NCBI GenBank assembly: GCA_027319565.1
Contig: DAHVNA010000001.1
Location: forward strand, 114,716 to 178,715
DNA: 64,000 bases
Direction of reading: 5' to 3'
Source: Elusimicrobiota bacterium
GTDB lineage: Bacteria; Elusimicrobiota; Elusimicrobia; UBA1565; UBA9628
Shown here: positions 35,123 through 45,800 of the stretch, in pieces
Position numbering within the stretch: the first letter of the stretch is position 1
Layout of the letters: each line of letters opens with the position of its first letter
Notes under the pieces: model-generated
The model's input: the letters and a program-made list of their open reading frames with translations, nothing else
What the model was told of the DNA's origin: nothing
Database searches by the model: none
Translations under genes and position numbers: made by a program

Positions 35123-36073
35123 GGCTTGAGCTTTCGGAATAATCTTGCGGAGCGGACCTGAAATCATCGCGGGCTTGGTTTTTACCGGGCTCAATTGCGG
35201 TTTCAGGCGGATTTTAGGCTTGGGCTTCTGCGGGAGAAGATTGTCGATTTCATATGCTGAAACGAGAACCACGATGTTTCGGTCCAGGGATTTCGCGTAG
35301 TAATAAAGAGGTTTTCCCGATTTAACGGGTTGCGGAGTTCCAATAATCCATTCAATATTTTCCTTCCCGTCTTGCGCTTTGAAAGTAAAAAGTGGCTTTT
35401 TAAAGGGGTTTTTCTTTGGCAAATCTTGATCGACAAATTCTGTCGCGCGCAGGCCAAAGACGCTCGGCCAGGTCGGGCTTGAGGGATAGAGAGTGTAGCT
35501 TTTTCCGCGTCTGGGTGCGACCTCGATTGACTTTGGAATTCCGTAGGATCTCGGGAAAAAAGCGCGTTCTCTAAAATTATCTGGGTCCTGGGTGAGTCTC
35601 GAGGCATTGAGGCCGGAAGTGATATAAATTTCCGGGCGATTGGTGTACCTGAAATAAGCGGAATTCCAGCCGAAGGCCTGCCGTCCAAAATAGCCGTCTA
35701 AAATGGGTTTGGGGCTAATAGCCGCGTAAGCGATGAGGTGCGCGGCCGATGTAGAAATTCCGTAATCCGCATAGGAGGATGGGTTTTTAGTCGCGACATC
35801 TTCAAGAATAATTTGCGGGAGAGCTTCCACGATTTGAGATACAGAGTCTGGATCCGCCAAATCCGCCACCGGCTTTTGAACCTTCCAAGCGCCTTTGTCT
35901 TTGACCAGTTCGACTGATTTTCCTTGATAAGAAATATCTAGTTTCTCAATCTGATTGGCTTTGACTCCTTCGAGGATGGGGGCGCGCGTGATGCGGGCGT
36001 TGTCAATGGCGATCCAAACTAAGGCGCCGAAAGTCGCGAGGAAAAGAGCGGAAAGAATTAAAATTTTTTTCAT
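35102..36073 (-). CDS. DUF4340-like secreted protein. Last gene of the GldG-type ABC transporter operon.
   Basis: Signal peptide. Position directly downstream of the GldG-like auxiliary component matches the usual arrangement with these transporters. The family call is from recalled context, not a strong motif. Confidence 0.45.
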   Translation of the reverse strand: MKKILILSALFLATFGALVWIAIDNARITRAPILEGVKANQIEKLDISYQGKSVELVKDKGAWKVQKPVADLADPDSVSQIVEALPQIILEDVATKNPSSYADYGISTSAAHLIAYAAISPKPILDGYFGRQAFGWNSAYFRYTNRPEIYITSGLNASRLTQDPDNFRERAFFPRSYGIPKSIEVAPRRGKSYTLYPSSPTWPSVFGLRATEFVDQDLPKKNPFKKPLFTFKAQDGKENIEWIIGTPQPVKSGKPLYYYAKSLDRNIVVLVSAYEIDNLLPQKPKPKIRLKPQLSPVKTKPAMISGPLRKIIPKAQASTVKKP

Positions 36074-36078
36074 GGCTT

Positions 36079-37695
36079 TTAAGAGGAGATGGGAGTCGGT
36101 TCTTGTTGATGCGCTTCTTCTGCGGGAGCGGTGTCTGCGCCGTAGAGCGAAATCATTTTGCGCCTTCTCTTCATTTGTCTGCGATAACTAAACGCGCCGT
36201 AGACTAAAAGCATACAGGGTAGGAAAAGAATCATTCCATATTTGACCAGTAGACGCATTTTGTCGGACAAGGGCCTGAGAGGCCGATAGGTCATGCCTTT
36301 CCCGCGAATGGAGAGTAAATCGCTGTCCTCACAAGACCACTCAAGAAGATTTTCCAAAAAGACCGCGCTTGTCTGGCGATTGGCGAAATGAGAATCTAAC
36401 ACGTAAGCGGTCGCAATCACAATGGCCCGCGCGGATTTATGCGGAGTCAAAGATGGGGTTCCCGCAGGAGCGGGAAATTGCCCGGAAACTAACCCCGCCA
36501 GCGAGAAAGGCCCGCGCCGGTCTTTCGCCAAATTGGCGGAACTTTGCGTGATGCCGATGTTGTAGGAATTTTTAAGCCAGCTGTTGGGACTTGAGTCCAC
36601 TAAAGATTCGTATTTGAGTCCATTGACTGCGGCGGTTGAAGCGAAAATGGGGTGCACAAAGGGCAAGGTAACGCCTTGAAGATGCTCGACGGCGGGGTTG
36701 GAAGAATCAAAATGGGTGGCGACCGGTATGTAAGGATATTGCTGAATTCTCATCGCGACAAATTGGCCGATATTTTGTTGAAATTCGACATTTTCCGATT
36801 GGGCGTCGACGACAAAGCCATTGGGAATATTGAGCCCCCAGTCTTTTAGAAGCGGTCCTAAACCCAGACTCATCGGCGCGCTATAAAAGGCTTGGAAATT
36901 AACCGAGCGCCGATTAAAGAGAATTCCCAAGGGCTTTCCTTCAAACAGCCAATTTCTCAGGGCTTCAATGTCTTGGTTTTTAAACTTTTGAGTGGGACCT
37001 AAAATCCACAGAGCCGAGACATCGGAGGGGATTGCGGAGCTAAGATCGACGGTCTTTAAATTGAGGTCTTCCCGAAGCGGAGCAAAGAGGTTAGATGCCG
37101 AGGGGTCTCCCGGGTTTTTTTCGCCATGCCCAACGACAAAGCCTACGGTCGGAAGGACCGGATCGGCGAGTTTTTTGATGCGGCTGGTGATTTGATACTC
37201 CAAATCGGAGGTGTCTTGTAAAAAGGGAATAACCTGACTGCGCCCTTTATAAAGGAGAGCGATTCCCATATAGGCGGTTTTGACCTCGAATTTATCTTTG
37301 GCCATCACGTTCACCTGGACCGGGGAAATGCCCAGCGCCTGAGCGTCGTCTTTTCTTTTTTGAGATTCGTTGGGATCCAAAAATTCAACCGTAATATGCC
37401 CGTGGGCCGCAGATTTATATTCGCCTAAGAGATCGCGGAGATAATTTTCATTGAGCCCGTAGGGCGGGGGAAGATTCGGAGTGAAATAGACCTTGACGAT
37501 CAGGTTGTCGGTTAATTTTGAGAGGATATGTTTAGTTCCCTTGGATATGGAGAAGATGTGTCCGGAGGAAAAATCCATTCGGGAATAAACGTAATAGGAA
37601 ATTCCGTTGACGGCGGCCAATGTCCCAATCAAAAGCAAAGTGCCTAAGCCGGAAAACAGAAGTTGCCGGAATTTGGTCTTGGGTTCTTGAGACAT
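36079..37695 (-). CDS. GldG-like ABC-transporter auxiliary component (ABC_transp_aux domain), bitopic at both ends.
   Basis: N-terminal TM, large periplasmic domain and C-terminal TM (ILFLPCMLLVYGAFSY), the GldG architecture. Start overlaps the permease stop. Confidence 0.65.
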   Translation of the reverse strand: MSQEPKTKFRQLLFSGLGTLLLIGTLAAVNGISYYVYSRMDFSSGHIFSISKGTKHILSKLTDNLIVKVYFTPNLPPPYGLNENYLRDLLGEYKSAAHGHITVEFLDPNESQKRKDDAQALGISPVQVNVMAKDKFEVKTAYMGIALLYKGRSQVIPFLQDTSDLEYQITSRIKKLADPVLPTVGFVVGHGEKNPGDPSASNLFAPLREDLNLKTVDLSSAIPSDVSALWILGPTQKFKNQDIEALRNWLFEGKPLGILFNRRSVNFQAFYSAPMSLGLGPLLKDWGLNIPNGFVVDAQSENVEFQQNIGQFVAMRIQQYPYIPVATHFDSSNPAVEHLQGVTLPFVHPIFASTAAVNGLKYESLVDSSPNSWLKNSYNIGITQSSANLAKDRRGPFSLAGLVSGQFPAPAGTPSLTPHKSARAIVIATAYVLDSHFANRQTSAVFLENLLEWSCEDSDLLSIRGKGMTYRPLRPLSDKMRLLVKYGMILFLPCMLLVYGAFSYRRQMKRRRKMISLYGADTAPAEEAHQQEPTPISS

Positions 37696-38447
37696 TAGCT
37701 AATTCTCCTGTGACTGAGCTTTTGCGCGGTCAGATAGAGAAAGATGAAGATAAACGACGCGAAATAGAGAATATCCCGGGTATCCAAGACGCCTTTTCCC
37801 ATCGTCTGCATGTGGGAATCCAACCCGATGAAATCAAGGATGCTCGAAAGTCCGGTGGGAAGAAAAATGGCGAATTTTCCGATCACGACAAAGCTAAATC
37901 CGATTAAGAAAGCGGTGATGAAAGACACGATCTGGTTTTTGCTAAAAGAAGAGGTGTAGAGCCCCGCCGCTCCAATTAAGAGACCTTCAAAAGTCAACGC
38001 GCAAAGAGTTCCGATGGATTCTCCCCAATCCAGATGGGCCGGAGGGGCCACCAAAAACGCGAGACCAACCGCGAAAAACAAAAGCGCGGCAATGACGAGG
38101 GTATAAAGAGAAGCAAAGCCGAGATACTTTCCCAGGACGATATCCCAATCTTCTAACGGGAAAGTGGCCAGCGTTTCAAAAGTTCCGGATTTTAATTCTT
38201 CCGAGAGAAGGCCCATGGTCAAGGCCGGGACAAAGAAAGAGAGGATGATGGGCTCAAAGTCGATGAGGGTTTTAATGGTCGCCTGCCCGACCAGGAAAAG
38301 AGGCGCCATAAACAAATACCCAGTTAGAAGATAAAAAACAAACAAAGCGACATAGGTCGACGGCGATTCCAAAGCGACGCGAAGGCCCTTGTGCGCCAGG
38401 GCTTTGACGGCGTGAACTTGAAACAGCGGTTCTTCTTGCGTTTTCAT
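37695..38447 (-). CDS. ABC-2 family permease (GldF-like).
   Basis: Six TM helices with the ABC-2 pattern. Lies between the ATPase and the GldG-like gene. Confidence 0.65.
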   Translation of the reverse strand: MKTQEEPLFQVHAVKALAHKGLRVALESPSTYVALFVFYLLTGYLFMAPLFLVGQATIKTLIDFEPIILSFFVPALTMGLLSEELKSGTFETLATFPLEDWDIVLGKYLGFASLYTLVIAALLFFAVGLAFLVAPPAHLDWGESIGTLCALTFEGLLIGAAGLYTSSFSKNQIVSFITAFLIGFSFVVIGKFAIFLPTGLSSILDFIGLDSHMQTMGKGVLDTRDILYFASFIFIFLYLTAQKLSHRRIS

Positions 38448-38452
38448 TTTGA

Positions 38453-39385
38453 TTAGTTTTGAGTGAGGTTCCTGAAAATCTCTTCCAGATCTTGCCTGTC
38501 TTTTCTTAATTCCAAAATCGGCCAGCGTTTTTCAGCGGCCAGGTTGAAGAGATCTTCCCGAACGTCGGTCTTGGCCGAGGCGTCAAAATAAAACCCCGGT
38601 TCCTTGGGGTTGTGGATGGCCTCTTCTGCCGATGACACGCCGGGCAGTTTTCTTAAAGCGGATAAAATTTCGGAGGCCGGCCCTTTGAGAGAAACAAAAA
38701 AACGGATTTGAGAGTTTTTTCCGCCGGAGCTGATTTCTTCTGAGCTTCCCTCCGCGACCAAGCGTCCGTTGTTGATGATGATGAGCCTATCGCAGAGGAC
38801 TTTCGCCTCCGAGAGAATATGGGTTGAAAAAAGAACGGTCTTTTCCCGTCCAAGTTCGCGGATGAGATCTCGTACTTCATGAACCTGATTGGGGTCCAGG
38901 CCCGAGGTCGGTTCATCCAGGATGAGAACTTCCGGGTCATGGAGAATCGCTTGCGCCAGGCCCACGCGCTGGCGAAAACCTTTAGAGAGTTCGCCGATTT
39001 TCCGCCCCAAGGCGGATCTGAGCCCGCAGGCTTTGACGGCATAGGCAATGCGCTCGCGCTTTTTTTCGCCGGAGATTCCTCTTAGATGTGCGGCTAATTC
39101 TAAACTCTCCGCGACTTCCAAGTCTTCATAGAGAGGATTATTCTCTGGCAAATAGCCCAAATGGCGGCGCGCTTCCATGGGGTTTTCTGAAACATCAAGA
39201 TCGAGAATCTTCGCGTGCCCATCGTCTGCCGGGAAAAAAGAAGTCAAAAGCCTCATCGTGGTCGTCTTTCCCGCGCCGTTGGGACCGAGAAATCCGACAA
39301 TACGGCCTTGCTCGACTTTGAAGCTTAAATCGTCGACAGCAGTTCTTTCTCCAAATTTTTTCTTTAAACGAATCGCTTCAATCAT
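38453..39385 (-). CDS. ABC transporter ATP-binding protein (GldA-like).
   Basis: Walker A GPNGAGKTTT. Signature LSKGFRQRVGLA. Walker B LILDEPTSGLD. H-loop. Confidence 0.9.
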   Translation of the reverse strand: MIEAIRLKKKFGERTAVDDLSFKVEQGRIVGFLGPNGAGKTTTMRLLTSFFPADDGHAKILDLDVSENPMEARRHLGYLPENNPLYEDLEVAESLELAAHLRGISGEKKRERIAYAVKACGLRSALGRKIGELSKGFRQRVGLAQAILHDPEVLILDEPTSGLDPNQVHEVRDLIRELGREKTVLFSTHILSEAKVLCDRLIIINNGRLVAEGSSEEISSGGKNSQIRFFVSLKGPASEILSALRKLPGVSSAEEAIHNPKEPGFYFDASAKTDVREDLFNLAAEKRWPILELRKDRQDLEEIFRNLTQN

Positions 39386-39449
39386 GACTTCTATATTAAA
39401 GAAAAATTTTAGGGGAATTTGTCAATATTTCGCTTTTTTCCCGTAACCC

Positions 39450-39478
39450 TTGACAATGTCAGGGGGCGGGGCTAGACT
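39450..39478 (+). promoter_or_regulatory. Sigma70-like promoter candidate for the TPR gene and the Tol-like locus.
   Basis: TTGACA (39450-39455), a 17-nt spacer, then TAGACT (39473-39478). An SD-like GAAAGGAGG lies at 39522-39531. Confidence 0.4.
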
Positions 39479-39520
39479 ATTTGAAGGAAGCGCCAAAAAT
39501 TCAGAAATTATTTTTCGCGC

Positions 39521-42500
39521 TTGAAAGGAGGGGCTTTGGGCTTGCTTTGGTCGTTATTTTTGTGGGGGAATCAGCTTTGTTTTCCCCAGGCTGCGGCAAT
39601 CCCGCCGGAGATGACTCTCAACACCCAAGCTCAACAGCTTTATCTCTCCGCGGGAAATTTTTTTCAAACCCAAGATTACGCCCATGCCGCCGATCAATAC
39701 CAAGAATTCTTAAAACGCGATCGCGATCAACCCGATCGTCTTGAGGCCCAGATGATGCTGGCGGAAAGCCTTTACCGGCAAGGCATTGCGCAATTGTCTT
39801 TGTCTCCTAAGCGCGCGGCAAAGATTTTTAAGCAGGCGAAAAAGGCTTATAAGAAAGTGTCTCGGGACTCTCCAAGCGGGGACTATCTGGCGGAGAGCGC
39901 GCGGTTTCGAATCGGGGAAATGGCCTTTAACCTTGGCCAATATGACGAGGCCGTTTCGGATATGGAAAGTTTGGTTTCCGATTACCCTCTAGGCACGTTG
40001 AGAGGCGAAGCCCGGTTGCTTGAGGCCGAGGCCTTGATGTCTCAAAAACAGTTCTCAAAGGCGGAGAACTTGCTGGATGAGGCTTTAAAAGAACAACCCT
40101 CTTATGCCGATAATCCGAGACTCAAATTAGTGCGCGGGATCGCTCTTTTTGAAACGGGAAATCCTGCCGCTGCTCTGGCGTCTCTGAGCGGGCTTCAATC
40201 TCCGCTCGCGCTTTTATATTCCGCTCGAGCCAACATGAATCTGGAAAAGCCTTTAATCGCGGTTGAGAACCTTAAGACCCTGATCGCGGATTATCCTGAA
40301 GACCCGGAAGTTGAAATGAGCCGTTATCTGGTGGGGGAGGCTTTTTTCGAGGCCAGAGACTACACCTCGGCAGCCCAGGTCTTTAACCAGTTTCTGATGG
40401 ATTATCCGCGTAGCTCTTTGCGCGGGGCGGCGACTTATAAAATGGGCTTATGCAGTTATAACCTTAAAGATTATATGGCGGCGCGCGGAGACTTTGAGTC
40501 GGTTGAACAAATGAGTCCGCCTGGAGAATTCGCCGAGCCGAGCCTCTACATGATGGGCGAATCTTTTCTAAAGGAAGGAAACTATACCAAAGCCGGTTTT
40601 GATTATTCCGATTTATCCTCCGCTTATTCCAATCGCTTGGCCGGAACCGCTCAATTTAAGCTGGCTTGGACCCAATATAAGCGGCAGGAATATCCGGAGG
40701 CCCATGTCACGCTCAATTCGTTCATTGTCCGCTATTCATCGCATCCATTAGTTCCAGCGGCGGCGTATCTCAATGGAAATACTTTAGGAAGCGAGGGTAA
40801 ATATCGCCAGGCGGCTCACGCCTATCAACAATCCTTAGACTTGGCGGCTTCCAATCTCTATCCCTATCGGAGTTTAATTTTAAACCCGGCCTTGGCCATG
40901 CTTAGCCGCTCCTATTTGGAAGCCGGAGAATACGGCCATTTGATCTCCGGTTATCAATACGTCCTTAAGGAAAATGCCCCCACCCAGGATCCTTGGCGCG
41001 CGGCCGCTCTCCTTTATATAGCGGAGGGATATTACCGGCAGGGGCTTTATGATCAGTCTCTTTCGATTTACAAGGAAATCATCCATTCCTATCCTGCGAC
41101 TCCGGAATCCATTGTCGCAAAGGATGGAATCAGTTGGTGTCTTTTTAAACAAGGGCATTTTTCTCAATCTTATCAGAAGCGCGTTGAACTGGAGGCCTTG
41201 AAGAACGCGCCGGCGATTGCCCCGTCTAAGACCGTTGTCGTCAATGAAAATCCGGGCGCCGATTTGTTTTTAAACAACCAGTATGCCGAGGCGGTCACTC
41301 TTTTTAATCAGAAAAAATATGCCGACGCCTTGGACGCCTTTGAGCGGTTTGAAAAAGATTACGCCCAGGACCCGCGCGCGGCCGATGCCGCTTTGGAAGA
41401 GGGTTGGTGCTATTACCGCCTCAATTATTACGGTGACGCCGTTAAAACCTGGGAAAGGGTGGAAGCGAGTTATTCGTCTTCTGAAGCCGCCAAATCCGCG
41501 GCCTGGGCCACGGCCGACACTTATTTTAGAGCCGCTCAATACGACAAAGCCGTGGCGGCCTATCAACATATACTCCAAACCTATCCGGATGACGCCGCTT
41601 CTTCATATGCCCGGCTTCGCATCGCCCAAAGTTATTACAACGCGAAAAATATTCCCCAGGCCATCTCTGCGTTTGAGGATGTTTTGAATAATTCTCCTGG
41701 AGACAAGGAGGGTCAACAGGTTCTGGATTATTTAACGCAGATGCTTTATCAGCCCGAATCTAAAGACGCGGCCTTAAAGGCTCTTCAATCTTTGGCGAGC
41801 TCCCAATCTTCGAACTCTTTTGGAGCGAGAGCGGAACTGGGTTTGGGGCTTTATTTTTTCGAGACGGGAGATTATACCAGCGCGGTTCAAAACTTAGAGG
41901 AAGCGATCCCCAACCTTTCGCGGGACAAAGATATTCGCGACGCCCAGTATGATTTGGCCCAATCTTATTACGCCTTAAAGCGCTATGAGGATGCGGAAAG
42001 GGCTTATCAGCGCTTTACGGAAAACTATCCTGACGATTCGCGTCTGAGAGCGGCTTTGTTTCGCATGGGAACCTCGGCGTTCAATTTAAAGGATTTCGAA
42101 AGAGCGGCCGCGGCTTTCCATCAGTTGGCGGCGCAGTATCCAAAGTCTCATTACGCCGCCTTGGCCCTCTACAACTCTTCCTTGGCCTATCGAAAATTGG
42201 GCGATTGGGAATCGGCGGCCTTGGCCTTGAAAAATTATATCGCTCTTTATCCGCAGCAGGCTCAAAAATCAAGCGCGCCATCGGAACTGGCTTCCGTTTA
42301 CGAGGAACAACGAGACTATGGAAAAGCGATTAAGCAGCTGGAGTCCGAAAAGAGCTCTCTTAAAAGCGATGACCCTGTTTTCCTAGAGACCAGTCTTGAG
42401 ATCGCCAAGGATTACGCGGCGATGGGAGATGATGCCGATTCTCTGAAAGAATACCAAGCCATCGAGGCTAGCCCGCTTAAGAGTAATCCCTACCGTTTAA

Positions 42501-42727
42501 ACGCCTTGGCCGATTTGGGCCGCTTCTATGAAGATAAAAAAGAGTGGAGCCTTGCGGCAAAGACCTATGAGGAGTTGTCTTTGAGCACCAACGATCCCAG
42601 TTGGCGCGATCCCGCCAAAGCTCGCGCAGAAGCGGATCGCGAAAAAGTTTCCAAGACCGTTTCGGCTGATTCCAATCAGAATCAAGTTCAGAATTCTTCC
42701 GCGCCGGCGGGAGGAGGGGCGCAATGA
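39521..42727 (+). CDS. Very large TPR-repeat protein (CpoB/YbgF-like repeats), probably periplasmic.
   Basis: N-terminal hydrophobic signal-like segment. TPR-like repeats across 1068 aa (e.g. QAQMMLAESLYRQGI, AAYLNGNTLGSEGKYRQAAHAYQQSL, AQYDLAQSYYALKRYEDAERAYQRF). The start may lie at in-frame TTGs at 39536 or 39542, since the SD falls inside the annotated start. Confidence 0.75.
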   Translation: MKGGALGLLWSLFLWGNQLCFPQAAAIPPEMTLNTQAQQLYLSAGNFFQTQDYAHAADQYQEFLKRDRDQPDRLEAQMMLAESLYRQGIAQLSLSPKRAAKIFKQAKKAYKKVSRDSPSGDYLAESARFRIGEMAFNLGQYDEAVSDMESLVSDYPLGTLRGEARLLEAEALMSQKQFSKAENLLDEALKEQPSYADNPRLKLVRGIALFETGNPAAALASLSGLQSPLALLYSARANMNLEKPLIAVENLKTLIADYPEDPEVEMSRYLVGEAFFEARDYTSAAQVFNQFLMDYPRSSLRGAATYKMGLCSYNLKDYMAARGDFESVEQMSPPGEFAEPSLYMMGESFLKEGNYTKAGFDYSDLSSAYSNRLAGTAQFKLAWTQYKRQEYPEAHVTLNSFIVRYSSHPLVPAAAYLNGNTLGSEGKYRQAAHAYQQSLDLAASNLYPYRSLILNPALAMLSRSYLEAGEYGHLISGYQYVLKENAPTQDPWRAAALLYIAEGYYRQGLYDQSLSIYKEIIHSYPATPESIVAKDGISWCLFKQGHFSQSYQKRVELEALKNAPAIAPSKTVVVNENPGADLFLNNQYAEAVTLFNQKKYADALDAFERFEKDYAQDPRAADAALEEGWCYYRLNYYGDAVKTWERVEASYSSSEAAKSAAWATADTYFRAAQYDKAVAAYQHILQTYPDDAASSYARLRIAQSYYNAKNIPQAISAFEDVLNNSPGDKEGQQVLDYLTQMLYQPESKDAALKALQSLASSQSSNSFGARAELGLGLYFFETGDYTSAVQNLEEAIPNLSRDKDIRDAQYDLAQSYYALKRYEDAERAYQRFTENYPDDSRLRAALFRMGTSAFNLKDFERAAAAFHQLAAQYPKSHYAALALYNSSLAYRKLGDWESAALALKNYIALYPQQAQKSSAPSELASVYEEQRDYGKAIKQLESEKSSLKSDDPVFLETSLEIAKDYAAMGDDADSLKEYQAIEASPLKSNPYRLNALADLGRFYEDKKEWSLAAKTYEELSLSTNDPSWRDPAKARAEADREKVSKTVSADSNQNQVQNSSAPAGGGAQ

Positions 42728-42781
42728 TGAATGGACGGAATTTTATTTCTAGTGGAGTGGTTCATAAATCCATTTACAATC

Positions 42782-42855
42782 CGTCACCCCGGCAGGTCTT
42801 AAGCCGGGGTCCAGCCTCTTTGTGGGTTTGGATTCCGGCAACAGCCGGAATGACG
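42782..42855 (-). repeat. REP/MITE-like double-hairpin element, copy 2, in inverse orientation to copy 1. It lies in the 5' leader / N-terminal extension of the FlgD-Ig gene.
   Basis: The reverse complement reads CGTCATTCCGGC-TGTT-GCCGGAATCCAAACCCACAAAGAGGCTGG-ACCCCGGC-TTAAGACCT-GCCGGGGTGACG, the same architecture as copy 1 at 17452-17526. Confidence 0.7.
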
Positions 42856-45800
42856 AAAATGCAAAATGTAAGCAAGAATTGGAGACTCTACGCTAGGGGA
42901 AAATGGCTTGCCATTTTCTTCTTCTTGATCGCCTTTTTATGGCCAAGGAATCTTCATGCCAAATCATCTCCATTAGAGCCCCCCAGCCTGATTTTTTCGC
43001 CCGCTGGAAACGGATCTCGAAAAACTCTTTCTTTTGTCGTTAATCTGCCGGAGACCGCCGAAGTCTCTAGCTGGCGTTTTGAGATTCGAGAGAAGGGAAA
43101 CAAAGACCTTCCCGGCGCCCTTGTCAAAGCATTTTCCGGTGATGGACGCCCGCCTCAAAAGATTGTCTGGGATGGAAAAGACACCCAAAACCGGGTGGTC
43201 GAGGATGGAACTTATTATTATTCGTTGAGCCTTCAGACCCCGGCTGGAAATCAAGCCGCGATTCGCCTTTCTCCGGTGATTGTCGACCGCGTTCCTCCCA
43301 CTATTTCGGCCAAGGTCCATCCCAGAATTTTTTCTCCCAACGGTCTTAAGCCGGAGACCGTTTTTACTTTGAAAGCTTCCGATCAGTACGGAATTTATGA
43401 ATGGCTGCTTGAAATTAAAGGTTCCGATGGGGTGCCGGTCAAGTCTTGGATGGGAAAAGGGCGTCCGCCCGCGGCCGTGCGTTGGGATGGGAGAGGAGAT
43501 TTTAATGAAGACGTGCCGAACGGGACCTATACCTTTCAGCTCACGGTTGAGAACCTGGCTTCAAATCGCGCGGTCACGCCGCCCCAGACGGTGACGGTTA
43601 AAAGGCAAGGCGTGGTTTCAACCGTGGGAGTGACTCCGGACGTTTTTTCCCCGCATAAAGAGAAACCGATCGCGAGTTTTGATATTACCGGCGGCGATCC
43701 TTCCTCGGTTGAGCGTTGGGAGCTCAAAATTATCAACCAAGCCGGCAGGCCCGTCTTTTCTTTCAAAGGCAATGGGGCTCCACCCGCGCGTCTTGACTGG
43801 AATGGGGATATTTCTAAGGATAAGACCGCGCCTGACGGGGCTTATCAAGTTATCTTATATGAGACCGACAATGCCGGGAACACCGCCGCTTCCGCTCCGG
43901 AACCCCTCTATGTCGATACAAAGCCGCCTCTTTTGGAAGCGCGCCTGGAGCCGGATTTGTTGAGTCCGGGAAAACAGCGCGAAAATTCCCAAGGGATTTT
44001 TAAATTGCGCGCTGAGAGCCGATATCCGTTTAAATGGGCCCTTAAAATTTATACCGATGTCGGAGAACCGGTCAGAACTTGGAGCGGGAAAATGGGGTCA
44101 AGAGTCCCGAACCAAATTTTGTGGCACGGCAATAACGACTCCGGGCAGATTGTCACCGACGGGACCTATTCTTATTCCCTTTGGGCTTCTGATATCGCCG
44201 GAAATGAAGGGGAAACTCCGCGGCAAAAATTCGTGGTGAACACGACTCCCCCGGCTCTGTCTGTTTCAGCGGATCATGCCCTTTTTTCTCCCAATGGCGA
44301 CCCCACTCTGAGCCACGTCGTTTTTAGTTTGAGCGCCCAGGATGCCAGTCCCTTCGCGAGCTGGGCTCTTTTGATTAACGATTCAAGCGGCAATCTTGTT
44401 CGCGAATTCACCGGATCTCCGCTCAATATTCCGGAGAGCGTCTCATGGAACGGGAAAAGCAAAGACCGCGAACCGCTTCCGGACGGGACCTACTCCTATG
44501 CGCTCGAGGCGAAAGATATCGCGGGAAATTCCGCCAAGACTAGTCCCCAAAATATCGTTATTGGAGCGACCAAGCCCATTCCTCGGGTGTCTTCTTCTCT
44601 GGACGCTATCTCGCCCAATGCCGATGGATTTAAAGACACGACCGATTTCCATTTGAGCGTCAAATCCTTCAATCCGGTTGAAAAATGGTTTCTTAGGATT
44701 TTTGATGAAGACAAGGTCGCGCGCCGGACCTTTGAAGGGCAGGGAGACGTTCCCGGAACCATCCAATGGGGCGGCGAGGGAGACGATCAAAAAACGCTTC
44801 CGGACGGGAGATATTCTTATCAGCTGGAAGTGGTCGACGCCGCCGGAAACACCAGCAAGACCCGCCTTAAATCTATTTTGATCAACACAACGCCGCCCAC
44901 AATTAAAATTACCGCCGACCCTGCTCTTTTTTCGCCGAAACCGACGGCGCCTCATTTTAGCTCTTCGACCATGTTTGTCCTAGGCTATCAAGATGTCAGC
45001 CCGGTCATGAGATGGAAAGTGATCATTCAGGACCCGATGAAAAATAATGTTCGCGTTTTTTCCGGAAATTCTTCTTTTCCGCGGTCAATTTCCTGGTATG
45101 GGCGTTCCAGCTCCAGAAAGATTTTACCGGACGGGCCCTACACCTATACTCTTTTCGCGGAAGATGATGTTGGCAATAAGTCGACCACCTCCGAGCAGAT
45201 TTTGCGCTTGGACGGCTCTTCTCCCCAGGTGAGTTTGAGAGCGGACCCCACGCTTTTTTCGCCCGGGACGGGCTCTCAGAAAAACGAGACGACTCTATTG
45301 TTGGGATATAAGGCCAAGGCCGACATCTCTAAATGGAAATTGTCCATTGACTTAAAAAAGGGAGAAGTCGCGCGCGTTTTCTCGGGCCTTGGGCGTCCGC
45401 CGCAAAATATCCCATGGGACGGGAAAAACGCCTACGGGCGCATTCTTCCCGATGGGACTTACGACGCGTTTTTGAAAGTCATTGACGAAGTCGGCAACGA
45501 GGGGCTTAGCCCCGCCGCTAAAATCACGATCGACACCTCAAAACCAGTCGCCACTGTCGTCGCCCAAACCGAGCAGTTGGAAGACCTAAGCGTTCCTCTG
45601 ACCGTTACGAAAGACGCGGACAAGGATATCGTTATTTCCTTGGCCAGCGAGGTCCTTTTTGATAGCGGCAAGTCGACTTTAAAAGATGCGGCCGACAATA
45701 CCCTTTTAAGAGCCGCCTATCTTATTAAGCGTTATCCCCATCGCGCCGTTTTAATTAATGGGTATACCGACAATGTGCCAATCCATGACGCGTCGTTTAA

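Noticed and set aside
39481-39744. ORF 39481..39744(+) overlapping the start of the TPR gene
   Set aside because: It is a different frame from the 1068-aa TPR protein and has no signal or motif. The TPR frame is continuous for 3.2 kb.
42724-42849. N-terminal 42 codons of ORF 42724..46023 (MMNGRNFISS...WIPATAGMT)
   Set aside because: This segment is a translation of the palindromic REP-like element and upstream spacer. A signal peptide begins at the internal Met (MTKMQNVSKNWRLYARGKWLAIFFFLIAF), so the true start is placed there.
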